DNA of 64,000 bases from positions 52,244-116,243 of the forward strand of contig JAVERV010000005.1 in the NCBI GenBank assembly GCA_034006945.1. The letters run 5' to 3'. How positions within the stretch are numbered: position 1 is the first letter of the stretch; each line of letters begins with the position of its first letter. Below the pieces are notes generated by a model. The model worked only from the letters and a program-made list of their open reading frames with translations, was not told the origin of the DNA and did not search any database. This document shows, one piece after another, positions 51,028 to 61,146 of this stretch. A program made the translations under genes and the position numbers. The DNA comes from Desulfobacterium sp. (GTDB lineage: Bacteria > Desulfobacterota > Desulfobacteria > Desulfobacterales > Desulfobacteraceae).

Positions 51028-52368
51028 ATGAGTGATTCAAAACCAATCGCAGACAGCACCAGCGAGGACAAGGGACTCATGGCCGGAGTGGAACAGCTCT
51101 CGCCTGAAAAAATAGAACGGATTATAAACGAGGTTATAGACAAGGAAACCGGTGCAAAACTAAAGGCTTACGTCGATACCTGCGTCCATTGCGGGCTTTG
51201 CAGTGACGGGTGTCATTTTTTTATCTCAAGGGACAGGGACCCCAAATTTTCCCCGGCCGGCAAGGTCAAGCAGACCATGTGGGAGATCCTGCGCAAAAAA
51301 GGGCGGGTATCACCCGAGTTCATCAAGCAGGCCGCAGTGGTCGCCTATACCCAGTGCAACCTGTGTAAGCGCTGCGCCATGTACTGCCCCTTTGGCATTG
51401 ACATCGCCTATGTAATCTCGGTGATGCGGAGGATCTGCCACAGATTAGGAGTCGTTCCCCTTTACATCCAGGACACGGCCCACAGCCATTCTGTGACCGC
51501 CAACCAGATGTGGGTAAAGGACGACGAGTGGATAGATACCCTCATGTGGCAGGAGGAAGAGGCAAGGGACGAGGTGCCTAACCTTAGAATCCCCCTGGAC
51601 GTTGAGGGCAGCGACACCTTTTACTCGGTCATCGGCCCCGAGCCCAAATTCAGGGCCCAACTCATCTACCAGGCCGCCATGATAATGGAGGCGGCAGGTG
51701 AAAGCTGGACCATGCCTTCCTCTCCCGGGTGGGATAATTCTGACATGTGTATGTTCACCGGCGATTATGATATGATGGAACGGCTTAAAAAAATTCATTT
51801 TGAGACTGCCCTGCGCCTCAAGGTCAAAAGAATCGTCATGGGCGAATGCGGCCATGCCTTTCGATCGGTATACGACATGGGCAACCGGGCACTTGGATGG
51901 AAAATGCCCCCCATCCCCGTCATCCATGCCATCGAATATTACCACGAAATCTTCGCCCAGAAAAAGATAAAGATCAAAAAGAAGTTTGACCGCCCAGTAA
52001 CCCTCCACGACCCGTGCAATATCGTCAGGGGAAGGGGGCTTCACCACATGGCAAGGGAGGTGGTCAACGCCACCTGCGAGACTTTTATCGAGATGACTCC
52101 CAACTGCGAGCACAACTACTGCTGCGGTGCCGGTGGCGGGGTGATCAACTGTGGCCCTCCGTTCAAGAACGCCCGGGTGGAAAGCACCAGGGTTAAGGCT
52201 GAACAGCTCTTTGCGGCCAAGGCAAAGGGGGCCGAAGTTGTCATTGCCCCCTGTCATAACTGCCATGGCGGTCTTGAAGATATAATTCACCACTATGGGG
52301 TTGACATGGAGCTTAAGTTTCTTGGCGACATTATCTATGAAATCATGGAAATACCTGGAGAGCAGTAG
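51028..52368 (+). CDS. tmcB: Tmc complex subunit B (HdrD/DsrK-like Fe-S protein)
   Basis: CVHCGLC, CNLCKRC..YCP, GECGH, HDPCN, CCGAGGG, PCHNC. Confidence 0.9.
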   Translation: MSDSKPIADSTSEDKGLMAGVEQLSPEKIERIINEVIDKETGAKLKAYVDTCVHCGLCSDGCHFFISRDRDPKFSPAGKVKQTMWEILRKKGRVSPEFIKQAAVVAYTQCNLCKRCAMYCPFGIDIAYVISVMRRICHRLGVVPLYIQDTAHSHSVTANQMWVKDDEWIDTLMWQEEEARDEVPNLRIPLDVEGSDTFYSVIGPEPKFRAQLIYQAAMIMEAAGESWTMPSSPGWDNSDMCMFTGDYDMMERLKKIHFETALRLKVKRIVMGECGHAFRSVYDMGNRALGWKMPPIPVIHAIEYYHEIFAQKKIKIKKKFDRPVTLHDPCNIVRGRGLHHMAREVVNATCETFIEMTPNCEHNYCCGAGGGVINCGPPFKNARVESTRVKAEQLFAAKAKGAEVVIAPCHNCHGGLEDIIHHYGVDMELKFLGDIIYEIMEIPGEQ

Positions 52369-52481
52369 ATAGTAGGTAGTAGATAGTGGATAGTGTGTAA
52401 TAGATAGTAAATAGTAGACAGTGGGTAGTAGGTGGTAAATGGTAGGTACTAACTACTACCTACTAACTACTACCTACTAAT
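52363..52481. repeat. Heptamer tandem repeat: 12 forward units plus 5 inverted units
   Basis: CAGTAGA TAGTAGG TAGTAGA ... TGGTAGG (52363-52446), then TACTAAC TACTACC TACTAAC TACTACC TACTAAT. Confidence 0.9.
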
Positions 52482-52498
52482 TAAAGGGGGAAGTTCTG

Positions 52499-52903
52499 TT
52501 GACTGACAAGGTAAAAAAATATATTTTCATACTAATGGTATCTGCCTTTGTTCTTGCGCCGCTCACAGCATGGGCGGAAGAGTGCATGAACATTGACGAA
52601 ACTGTTTTTACGAATAAGACAAGGCCCTTTGTCTGCTTTGTCCACGATGAGCACAATGATAATGCAGGCATTGAAGAGTGCGATGTCTGCCACCATCTAT
52701 ACGAGGATGGAAAGCTTTTAGAAGGTGAAACCAGCGAAGAGATGGCCTGCTCAGAGTGCCATGGGTCAAAGGATGACCCTAAACATATCGAACTGATCGC
52801 AACCTATCATGACCGCTGTCGATCCTGTCATCTTGAGGAGAAAAAAGGGCCTGTCACCTGCGCTGGATGCCACGAGAAAAAAAACAAAAAGGAGACAAAA
52901 TGA
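52499..52903 (+). CDS. tmcA: Acidic tetraheme type II cytochrome c3
   Basis: Signal peptide (AWA); FVHDEH; four CxxCH motifs (CDVCH, CSECH, CRSCH, CAGCH); TTG start. Confidence 0.9.
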   Translation: MTDKVKKYIFILMVSAFVLAPLTAWAEECMNIDETVFTNKTRPFVCFVHDEHNDNAGIEECDVCHHLYEDGKLLEGETSEEMACSECHGSKDDPKHIELIATYHDRCRSCHLEEKKGPVTCAGCHEKKNKKETK

Positions 52904-53253
52904 CAAAAAAAATACTGGTCGTTGATGACGACCCCGTCATTGTCAAATACCTTGTGAATATTTTCAATGATAACGGCTATGAGACCTGTTCTGCCAATGA
53001 CGGTGCCGAGGCATTTGAGGTACTTAAAGAGGAAAAACCAGATTTGATAACCCTGGATCTTGAAATGCCCAAGGAGTGGGGCCCCAAGTTTTTCAGAAGG
53101 CTCTCCAAACAAGAGGCTTATAAGGACATTCCCGTCATCGTGATCTCTGGACTTGCAAGTCGCCATCTGAGCATTGATAAGGCCATCACCTGGCTTACAA
53201 AACCCTTTGATCCTGAAAAACTGATTGGAATCGTTAAAAACACCATCGGATGA
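52900..53253 (+). CDS. Single-domain response regulator associated with tmc
   Basis: KKILVVDDD, LITLDLEMP.EWG, KP; ATGA overlap with tmcA. Confidence 0.9.
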   Translation: MTKKILVVDDDPVIVKYLVNIFNDNGYETCSANDGAEAFEVLKEEKPDLITLDLEMPKEWGPKFFRRLSKQEAYKDIPVIVISGLASRHLSIDKAITWLTKPFDPEKLIGIVKNTIG

Positions 53254-53317
53254 TCCGGGCACGGTCTAAGAAGCTCCTCTCTTTTTGGCCCCGGGGAAAA
53301 CATAACGGACTCCAGCC

Positions 53318-55639
53318 ATGCTTTTGAACAGGATTCGTCACAGTATTGTGTTCAAGTTGATTATGATCATGACATTCATCTGTCTTGTGGCGATTTCTGT
53401 GTGGGCCTACTTCAGCATCAACTACCAGCGCAACAAGGCGATCCAAGATGTTCTGGAGGTTGCTGACCGCATCAGTAAAACTATCCGTCTAGGCACCCAC
53501 TACTCGATGATGCTGAACGCCAGGGACGACATTCACCAGATCATCCAGAACACGGCAACCCAGCGGGAAATCGAGAACGTAAGGATATACAACAAACAGG
53601 GAGTTATTAAATTTTCCAACGTCCCATCCGAGATCGATACCAAGGCCCAGTCCAAATCTGATGGATGCATTGTCTGCCACATTAAAGACCCTCCCCTGGT
53701 GGAGCTGACCCTGAACCAGAGGAAACGGATCTTTTCCGATGATTCTGGGGAACGGGTCCTTGGCATTATAACCCCCATCTACAACGAGCCTGCCTGCAGC
53801 GAACAATGCCATTTCCACGACGCAACATCCAAGGTGCTGGGATCCATGGATCTTGTGATTTCCCTCAAGGATACAGATGCTGAAATCATCAAATATGAAA
53901 AGAGCATTGTTTCCCTTGCCCTTGCGATCTTTGTTGCCCCCTCATTTTTCATCTTTATCTTTGTCTACAGGTTCGTCATAGGCCCTATCCGCCAGCTCAC
54001 AGAAGAGACAAAGCACATAACCTGCGCCACCAAGATCACCCGGGTGGATTCCCACAGGGACTCTGAAATAGGGCGGCTTGCAACTGCGTTCAATACCATG
54101 CGCCAGAGGATAAACCACCACCAGAAGGAGCTGACCAAGCAGAAAAACGAATACCGAAACCTTTTCGAACGGGTACCCTGCATGATCACGGTCCAGGACA
54201 AAAATTTCAGGCTGATCAACTTTAACCGAGAATTTCACAACCACTACCACCCAAAGATAGGTGATTTCTGTTACTCTGTCTACAAGGGTAGAACCACCAA
54301 GTGCAAGGATTGTCCGGTTGAAAAGACCCTGAAAGACGGAAAATCCTACTACTCTGAAGAACAGGGGATCGGGAAAAACGGTACCATGGAACATTGGATA
54401 GTAAGAACGAGCCCGGTCAAGAATGCAGCAGGTGAAATCGTTGCAGCCATGGAGATCAACCTTGATATCACCCAGCGAAAAGAGCTTGAACAGAGGGCAG
54501 AACTGTCTGAAAAAAAGTACCATGCCATTTTCAACAATATCCCCAATCCGGTTTTTGTTTTGGACAGCGATTCTCTCTCGATCCTTGACTGCAATGAGAG
54601 CGTTACCGAGGTGTATGGGTATGGGAAAGACGATATTGTCGGTCGATCGTTTACCGAGCTGTTCGACCCGTCTGTGCCGACATCCGGACCGTTCCATACA
54701 ATCGATACCCTGGTAAGGGGCAGCACGATCATCAACTCGGCAAAACATCGCAAGGCCGACAACCGGTCCATTTATGTTGATATCTGGATCTCACCGTCGG
54801 AATATCCAGGTCAGAAGGTTCTCCTTGTCACCACTTCGGACATTACCGAGCGTCTGGAAACCGAAAATCAGTTTCTCCAGGCGGCAAAGCTTGCCACCCT
54901 GGGAGAGATGGCAACCGGTGTGGCCCATGAGCTTAACCAGCCCCTGTCGGTCATCAAGACTGCCTCGAGCTTCTGCATTGAAAAGGTCAAAAAAGCCCAG
55001 GAGATCAAGCCTGAAATACTGAAAACTCTGCTTGAAAAGATAGATGCCAATGTGGACAGGGCTTCGAAAATCATCAACCACATGCGCGACTTTGCCAGAA
55101 AAACCGATATCAACCTCATCCCGGTCAATATTGTTAAGGTCCTTGAAAGTGCCTATGAGATCTTCAGCCAGCAGCTCAAGGTAAGAGGCATCACTGTTGC
55201 CTGGGAGATCACCCCTCCCCTTGCCCCTGTTATGACCGACCCTGGGCGTCTTGAACAGGTGTTCATCAACCTTTTGATCAATGCACGGGATGCTATTGAG
55301 GCCAAGGCGAAAATCTGTCATAATGATCCTGACCTTGAAAAAAAAATAACGATCAGGGCCTATCTTGCGGGTGAAAAGGTTTGTGTGGAGGTCCAGGATA
55401 CGGGCACAGGGGTTCCCAGGGAGGTTGCAGAAAAGATCTTCCAGCCTTTTTTTACCACCAAGGAGGTGGGTAAGGGGACCGGTCTGGGGCTCTCCATAAG
55501 CTATGGAATTATCAAGGAATGTTCTGGCCAGATAGTGATCAAAGAGACCTCAGACAAGGGATCTGTATTCCAGGTGATTCTACCTGCCTACAGAGATAGA
55601 GCTAATGTCCTGACGGACACAACGAAGAATGAAACTTGA
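53318..55639 (+). CDS. Sensor histidine kinase (periplasmic heme-c-like motif, HAMP, two PAS domains)
   Basis: CIVCH in the sensor domain; [24 protein letters not shown]. Confidence 0.92.
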   Translation: MLLNRIRHSIVFKLIMIMTFICLVAISVWAYFSINYQRNKAIQDVLEVADRISKTIRLGTHYSMMLNARDDIHQIIQNTATQREIENVRIYNKQGVIKFSNVPSEIDTKAQSKSDGCIVCHIKDPPLVELTLNQRKRIFSDDSGERVLGIITPIYNEPACSEQCHFHDATSKVLGSMDLVISLKDTDAEIIKYEKSIVSLALAIFVAPSFFIFIFVYRFVIGPIRQLTEETKHITCATKITRVDSHRDSEIGRLATAFNTMRQRINHHQKELTKQKNEYRNLFERVPCMITVQDKNFRLINFNREFHNHYHPKIGDFCYSVYKGRTTKCKDCPVEKTLKDGKSYYSEEQGIGKNGTMEHWIVRTSPVKNAAGEIVAAMEINLDITQRKELEQRAELSEKKYHAIFNNIPNPVFVLDSDSLSILDCNESVTEVYGYGKDDIVGRSFTELFDPSVPTSGPFHTIDTLVRGSTIINSAKHRKADNRSIYVDIWISPSEYPGQKVLLVTTSDITERLETENQFLQAAKLATLGEMATGVAHELNQPLSVIKTASSFCIEKVKKAQEIKPEILKTLLEKIDANVDRASKIINHMRDFARKTDINLIPVNIVKVLESAYEIFSQQLKVRGITVAWEITPPLAPVMTDPGRLEQVFINLLINARDAIEAKAKICHNDPDLEKKITIRAYLAGEKVCVEVQDTGTGVPREVAEKIFQPFFTTKEVGKGTGLGLSISYGIIKECSGQIVIKETSDKGSVFQVILPAYRDRANVLTDTTKNET

Positions 55640-55705
55640 GTAAGGCCACACCTTGTTTTTTGTCTCTTGTTTCAAGTCTCTTGTAATGGAGGAGACAGAC
55701 GAACC

Positions 55706-57310
55706 ATGCTGAATGATTCTGAAATTCGAGAGATCCTTCTTGTTGACGATGAGGAAGACATAAGGGAAGTGCTTGCCATCTCCCTCAAGGACATGGGATA
55801 CAGGGTGACTCTTGCAGAAAACGGTCAAAAAGCCCTGACTCTGTTTGAAACCCATGGATTTCCCATTGTGCTTACAGATATCAAGATGCCTGTGATGGAC
55901 GGAATTGAACTGTTAAAAAAGATTAAGACCATGGCTCCTGAAACTGAAATTATAATGATCACCGGCCACGGAGACATGGATCTTGCCATCGAGAGTTTTA
56001 GAAACCAGGCTGTGGAGTTCATCACAAAACCGGTTGATGTGCAAAGTCTTGAGATTGCACTTGAGAGGGCCAAAGAAAAGATCATCGTTAAAAAACATCT
56101 CCTTGACTACACCCACAACCTTGAACGTCTTGTTCTGGAAAAGAGCAAACAACTCGCAAGTGTTGACCGTGAATCATCAAGAGATCTTACATCCATAATG
56201 GACACCCTTCCCATGGTAGTTTTCTGCGTTGACCGTAAACTTAGAATCACCTCATCCAACACCTCGTTCAAGGAGATGTTCAATATCGATCCTGACGTTG
56301 ACGAGATCAACGGCTTTTGCCACCAAATCTGCAGAAACTCTGTCATCCCTTGTGAGGGGTGTCCGGCCCTTGAAAGTTTTACTTCGGGGAAATCTGTCCA
56401 GGCAGAGGTTACCTACACAACCAGCCGGCAGGCTGACGTTTCTTTCCTGGCCTGGGCATCTCCTGTTGAGGATGCCCCAACTTCGGTAAGTTCAGACCTG
56501 GCTGAAGACAGCTCTGAGCATGGGCACCCTTCCATGAGCAGGGTTATGATAATGGCAACTGACGTAAGCCGGGTGATTGATATTGAAGATCATTTAAAAT
56601 CCCTTGGTCTTATGATAGGATCCGTGTCCCACGGAATAAAAGGACTCCTCACCGGGCTTGACGGAGGGCTCTATCTGCTTGATTCGGCCCTTAAAAAGGA
56701 AAACCAGCACCTGGCCCAGGAGGGGCTTGATACCATGAAGCTCATGACGTCAAAGATCAGAAAATTGATCCTTGACATACTTTTTTACACAAAGAAAAGA
56801 ACACTCACAAAAGGAACTGTTGATGCAACAGGGTTTGTCCGGGAAGTCATCCAGACGGTCAAGCAGCGGATGGACAGCACAGGTATTCTCCTTGATCTGA
56901 AGCTTCCCGCTGAAAAAGTTGAGTTCATGGCCGACTCCACCTCCCTGCAGTCTGCCGTTATCAACATCCTGGACAACGCCATTGACGCCTGTCAGGCAAA
57001 CAAAAAGACAAAAACAGCCACTGATGCACCGGAATCAGCCCCGGAATCGGAACAAAAGATTTCGTTCACAGTTGCACAAAAAAAAGATATGATAGAGTTT
57101 ATCATTAAGGATACGGGCATCGGCATGACCAAGGGTGAAATCCAAAAGGCCTTTACCCTGTTTCACTCGGGAAAGGAAAAAAAAGGAACCGGACTCGGCC
57201 TGTTCATTGCCGAAAAAGTCATATCCCAGCACGGTGGAACCATTCAGGTAGAATCAACCCCCAATCAGGGAACCACATTTTACATTAGCCTGCCCCTTGG
57301 TATTGATTAG
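55706..57310 (+). CDS. Hybrid REC-PAS-histidine kinase
   Basis: REC (VDDE, TDIKMP, TGHG, KP); SHGIKG H-box; NAIDA; GTGLGL. Confidence 0.88.
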   Translation: MLNDSEIREILLVDDEEDIREVLAISLKDMGYRVTLAENGQKALTLFETHGFPIVLTDIKMPVMDGIELLKKIKTMAPETEIIMITGHGDMDLAIESFRNQAVEFITKPVDVQSLEIALERAKEKIIVKKHLLDYTHNLERLVLEKSKQLASVDRESSRDLTSIMDTLPMVVFCVDRKLRITSSNTSFKEMFNIDPDVDEINGFCHQICRNSVIPCEGCPALESFTSGKSVQAEVTYTTSRQADVSFLAWASPVEDAPTSVSSDLAEDSSEHGHPSMSRVMIMATDVSRVIDIEDHLKSLGLMIGSVSHGIKGLLTGLDGGLYLLDSALKKENQHLAQEGLDTMKLMTSKIRKLILDILFYTKKRTLTKGTVDATGFVREVIQTVKQRMDSTGILLDLKLPAEKVEFMADSTSLQSAVINILDNAIDACQANKKTKTATDAPESAPESEQKISFTVAQKKDMIEFIIKDTGIGMTKGEIQKAFTLFHSGKEKKGTGLGLFIAEKVISQHGGTIQVESTPNQGTTFYISLPLGID

Positions 57311-57315
57311 ACAAA

Positions 57316-60300
57316 TTGAAAAAAAACATTAGAAAGACCATTCAATATACTGCCATCACCTTTGCAGCCCTTTCGCTAATTCTTGCCCTTGTGCTGTTTG
57401 CGTTTGGAATCATGGCTGCGACCCCACGGGGGCAGCAAGTTTTAATAGGAATTGTCAACGACCAGATTCCAGGACAGATCAGCCTCAAGAGCCTGGGCTT
57501 TTCCCTGTCAGACCAGGAGGTGAAAATCCAGGGGTTTAACATTCAAGATCCAGTCGGCAAGACCGTGGTGGAGGTTGAACAGATGGTGATCGGGTTTGAC
57601 CTTTCAAAGTTGCCGAATAAAACTATCCATTTCAAAAAGATTCAAATCTCATCCCCCGGCGTTTCCCTTGTTCTGGACGAAGAAAACGTCTTGAATTTAG
57701 TCGCCTGTTTTGTGGAATCGGGCAAAGAATCAGAACCGACAACTCCTGAAACATCGACGGTTGTATTGCCTTTTAACATCATTGTTGAAAGGTTGCTTAT
57801 CGAGGGAGCCACCCTCTCCTTTGAATCACGGGACCTTTCGTTTAAAACTGAAAAAATTTCCCTTGAGGGATCGGGCAACCTTGTCCAAAGAGTGATCCAG
57901 CTAGACCTTTTAACCCAGGACTGGTCTTTTTCCTTACCCCCAGGTGAATCACCCGGGGAAGAATCAGTCGGCAAATCCTTCAATATCGATTCCATCAATC
58001 TTGATCTTACCTTTGATAATGATTCCCTCACAGCAATCGATTTTTCAGTTCGTTCACCCCTTGCCAACCTTGGCATAAGGGGGGGTGCCGCCGATCTTTT
58101 TAACATACCCCGGGCCGATCTTAAGCTTAATTTCATGGCAGACCTTGGGCAGATATCATCCATCCTTCCAGGTTCCCTTGCCATGGAGGGAGCTGTCAAG
58201 GGCGACGCCACACTGACCGGTACAGCCCAGGACCCCGAGCTGGTTCTTTTAATTGCCTCTGACGGCGGTAAATTTGGTGATGAATCCTTTGACAGGACAA
58301 CCCTTGACTTCAAGATTGAAAACCGGGTTCTGACCCTGAAAGAACTAACCACCTCCCTTGACTACGGCAAGGTAACGGCAAGGGCAAATGTGGACCTGAC
58401 CGATGCCTTTCCCCAGGGGTTTATGGGCACCTCCTTGATTGAAAACATCCGGGCAACCCTTGATCTTACGGCAACGGAGGCGGGATATGGGAGCTTTCCC
58501 CGGGGGGATGGAAAAATCCTGCTTGCCTTTTCAAATGAAACCCTTGAAATCAAACAGCTTGATATAAATCTTCTTGACTCCAATTTTTTCCTGGCCGGAA
58601 CCATCAAACCCATGGATAAAGGTCGCCTTGCTGCACCTGAAAAAATTGTCACAGACCTTGAGTTTCGTTCGACCAGGATCATCCTTGAAAATTTCCTTGA
58701 ACCGTTCCTTGCAAAGGAAACCCTGGAACAAATAACAATCGGCGGTGTATTTACATTAAACGGTTCAGCCAGGGGGGATCTTGGCAATCCAACGGTTGTT
58801 TTAAACCTTGCCGGTGAAAAGATTCTCCTTCCAGGAGACGGAGAGAAAAGCCTCGTAAACAATGGGATAGATGCTCAATTACACCTTAAAGAACTGACGC
58901 TTACCCTTAAACGACTTGCGGCCGTGATCGAAGGTGGAACGATTGAAGCTGAGGGGAAAATTGACCTTACCCAGGTATTTTCCAATGGGTTCTTTAAGGA
59001 AGTTAACATTGAAAAAATATCGGGAACCCTGGGTGTCAAGGCGGATGATTTCACCCCTCAACCCATACTTGAGGTCTACAACATACCGGGTGTTCACGGG
59101 AAATTGTCCCTGGATTTAAACGTTCAAGGCGCCCTTGCCACCCCCCCCCAGGCAACCCTGAACCTCACGGTAACCGATGCAGGATTTCAAGATTCGCCCA
59201 GGGTGGATGCAAATTTTAGCGTTGAGCTTTTAGAAGGTGTCCTGGAAATAAACAAGGCTCTGGTTGTAAATCCCCATGGAAGTCTGACCCTGGATGGCCG
59301 AATTAAGGTTATGGAGAACTCCCAACTCCTTAAGCCTGAAAAGATGTCTGGAAACCTGAAGCTTAAAACTAATGAGCTTAATCCCGGACCCATCCTTGCC
59401 AAGTATGAAGACCTGCCCGAAATTTACGGAAGCTACTCCCTTGACTTGACCCTGGAAGGATCATTTAACAACCCCAGGGCAACCTTTAATCTTACGGCAA
59501 CCGATGCAGGGTATGCTGATTTTCCAAAGGCCGATGCACGAATTGACCTTTTGTTTTTAAATGATCATCTGGAAATAAAAGAAGTTGTAGTTACAAATCC
59601 CGATACCAGAATTGACCTTAAAGGCCGAATAAGGGTGATGCAGAATGGGCAAATTCTTTCTCCTGAAAAAATGGAGGTTAAATCAGATATGAAGATTGAA
59701 TTATCCGACATAGCTTCCCTTATTGACGTTGCCGCAACCCAGGCTGGTAATGGCAATCAAACGGCAAAAGAAGCTAAGAAACAGGAATTAAGGGCGACAG
59801 TTACGGCAGAGGGAAGCCTTGAACAAAAAATTAAGGTCATTGCCAATGGAAAGGTTCCCGCCGGCGTTGCCCAGCTATTTACCTCGGAGATTGCAAGGGT
59901 TGAAGGTGAAGTCAATCTGGAAGTGACCGCCCTTGTTGAAAAGGAAATCAAAAACAGTTTGATAACAGGCCGGGTGGTTCTTGATCAAATCTCCATGGTC
60001 ATCGTTGAAACAGAGCAAAAGCTGCACAGTATTAACGGAACTATTCTTGCCGACCAGCAGGGGGTAACGATCCAGGGAATAAAGGGTAACCTTGACCGGG
60101 GCAGCTTCAACCTTACGGGCAGGGTGGAGTTAGTGGAACTTTTGCCCGATAGTTTCAAGTTCGAGTTCCAGGCAAGGGATCTGCCCCTTGAGTTGCCAGA
60201 CAGGATGACCGCTTTGTTCAAGACGGATCTGAGCTTTGACGGTATCCTGGAACAAGGTACTTTGAAAAAGGCTAATCTGAGCGGTGAAATCAGACTTCTG

Positions 60301-61146
60301 TCCGGTGAATGGACGGCGGATTTTAACCTGGAAAAAACCGTCCTTGAAAAAATTCTGGGATCCCAGCGCAATCAACCAGATTCGGCCAGTGACAGTTCAG
60401 ACACCATTACCAGCGTAATTAATCTTGATATTCTTGTGCGGGCCGACTCCCCCTTTGTGATCAGCAACAACCTTGCCTATCTCTTTGTAACTCCGGATCT
60501 CAAGATAGGCGGAACCGTTGCCAATCCTTCTGTCGCAGGCAGGGCAACCCTTGGACCAGGCAACATCACCTACCAGGGACGGCAGTTCGAAATTACAGAG
60601 GCAGGAGTTGATTTTGTAGATCCCTATGGGATCAGACCTGTGATTGACATCATGGCCGAACATCAGGTTCGTGACTGGCGGATTTTTCTGAAACTCACCG
60701 GCACCCCGGACAATCTGCTTCTGGAATTGTTGTCCAATCCAAGGGAAGAACACGGCGATATTCTCTCGCTTCTTTTGACCGGAAAAACCACAAACGAGCT
60801 GATCAGCTCCGAAGGGGGCACAACCACATCACCCGCATCCCTGGTTGCAGGGTTGGTAGCCACCTCATTTGCAGATCGACTCAAGAAAAACGTAGGGCTT
60901 GATGTGTTTGAGCTTGATCTTAAAGAAAACGGTTCCGGTTCCCCCATTGGAGATGTAAACCTCACCGTTGGCAAGGAAATTACCGATAAAATAACCGTGT
61001 CCTACGGCATGGAAACAAAGGAGGGAGAGATGATCCAGAAGACAGCCACCGACTATAAGCTGTCGGACCAGTTTTCCCTGTCTGGATTTCAAAACACCCA
61101 GGGACACTTTGGAGCCGAAGTCCGGTATCGGTTGGAATTTAGATGA
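57316..61146 (+). CDS. tamB: TamB/DUF490 translocation-assembly protein
   Basis: N-terminal TM anchor, long beta-rich repeats, DUF490-like C-terminus ending YRLEFR; adjacent to an Omp85 gene. Confidence 0.85.
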   Translation: MKKNIRKTIQYTAITFAALSLILALVLFAFGIMAATPRGQQVLIGIVNDQIPGQISLKSLGFSLSDQEVKIQGFNIQDPVGKTVVEVEQMVIGFDLSKLPNKTIHFKKIQISSPGVSLVLDEENVLNLVACFVESGKESEPTTPETSTVVLPFNIIVERLLIEGATLSFESRDLSFKTEKISLEGSGNLVQRVIQLDLLTQDWSFSLPPGESPGEESVGKSFNIDSINLDLTFDNDSLTAIDFSVRSPLANLGIRGGAADLFNIPRADLKLNFMADLGQISSILPGSLAMEGAVKGDATLTGTAQDPELVLLIASDGGKFGDESFDRTTLDFKIENRVLTLKELTTSLDYGKVTARANVDLTDAFPQGFMGTSLIENIRATLDLTATEAGYGSFPRGDGKILLAFSNETLEIKQLDINLLDSNFFLAGTIKPMDKGRLAAPEKIVTDLEFRSTRIILENFLEPFLAKETLEQITIGGVFTLNGSARGDLGNPTVVLNLAGEKILLPGDGEKSLVNNGIDAQLHLKELTLTLKRLAAVIEGGTIEAEGKIDLTQVFSNGFFKEVNIEKISGTLGVKADDFTPQPILEVYNIPGVHGKLSLDLNVQGALATPPQATLNLTVTDAGFQDSPRVDANFSVELLEGVLEINKALVVNPHGSLTLDGRIKVMENSQLLKPEKMSGNLKLKTNELNPGPILAKYEDLPEIYGSYSLDLTLEGSFNNPRATFNLTATDAGYADFPKADARIDLLFLNDHLEIKEVVVTNPDTRIDLKGRIRVMQNGQILSPEKMEVKSDMKIELSDIASLIDVAATQAGNGNQTAKEAKKQELRATVTAEGSLEQKIKVIANGKVPAGVAQLFTSEIARVEGEVNLEVTALVEKEIKNSLITGRVVLDQISMVIVETEQKLHSINGTILADQQGVTIQGIKGNLDRGSFNLTGRVELVELLPDSFKFEFQARDLPLELPDRMTALFKTDLSFDGILEQGTLKKANLSGEIRLLSGEWTADFNLEKTVLEKILGSQRNQPDSASDSSDTITSVINLDILVRADSPFVISNNLAYLFVTPDLKIGGTVANPSVAGRATLGPGNITYQGRQFEITEAGVDFVDPYGIRPVIDIMAEHQVRDWRIFLKLTGTPDNLLLELLSNPREEHGDILSLLLTGKTTNELISSEGGTTTSPASLVAGLVATSFADRLKKNVGLDVFELDLKENGSGSPIGDVNLTVGKEITDKITVSYGMETKEGEMIQKTATDYKLSDQFSLSGFQNTQGHFGAEVRYRLEFR

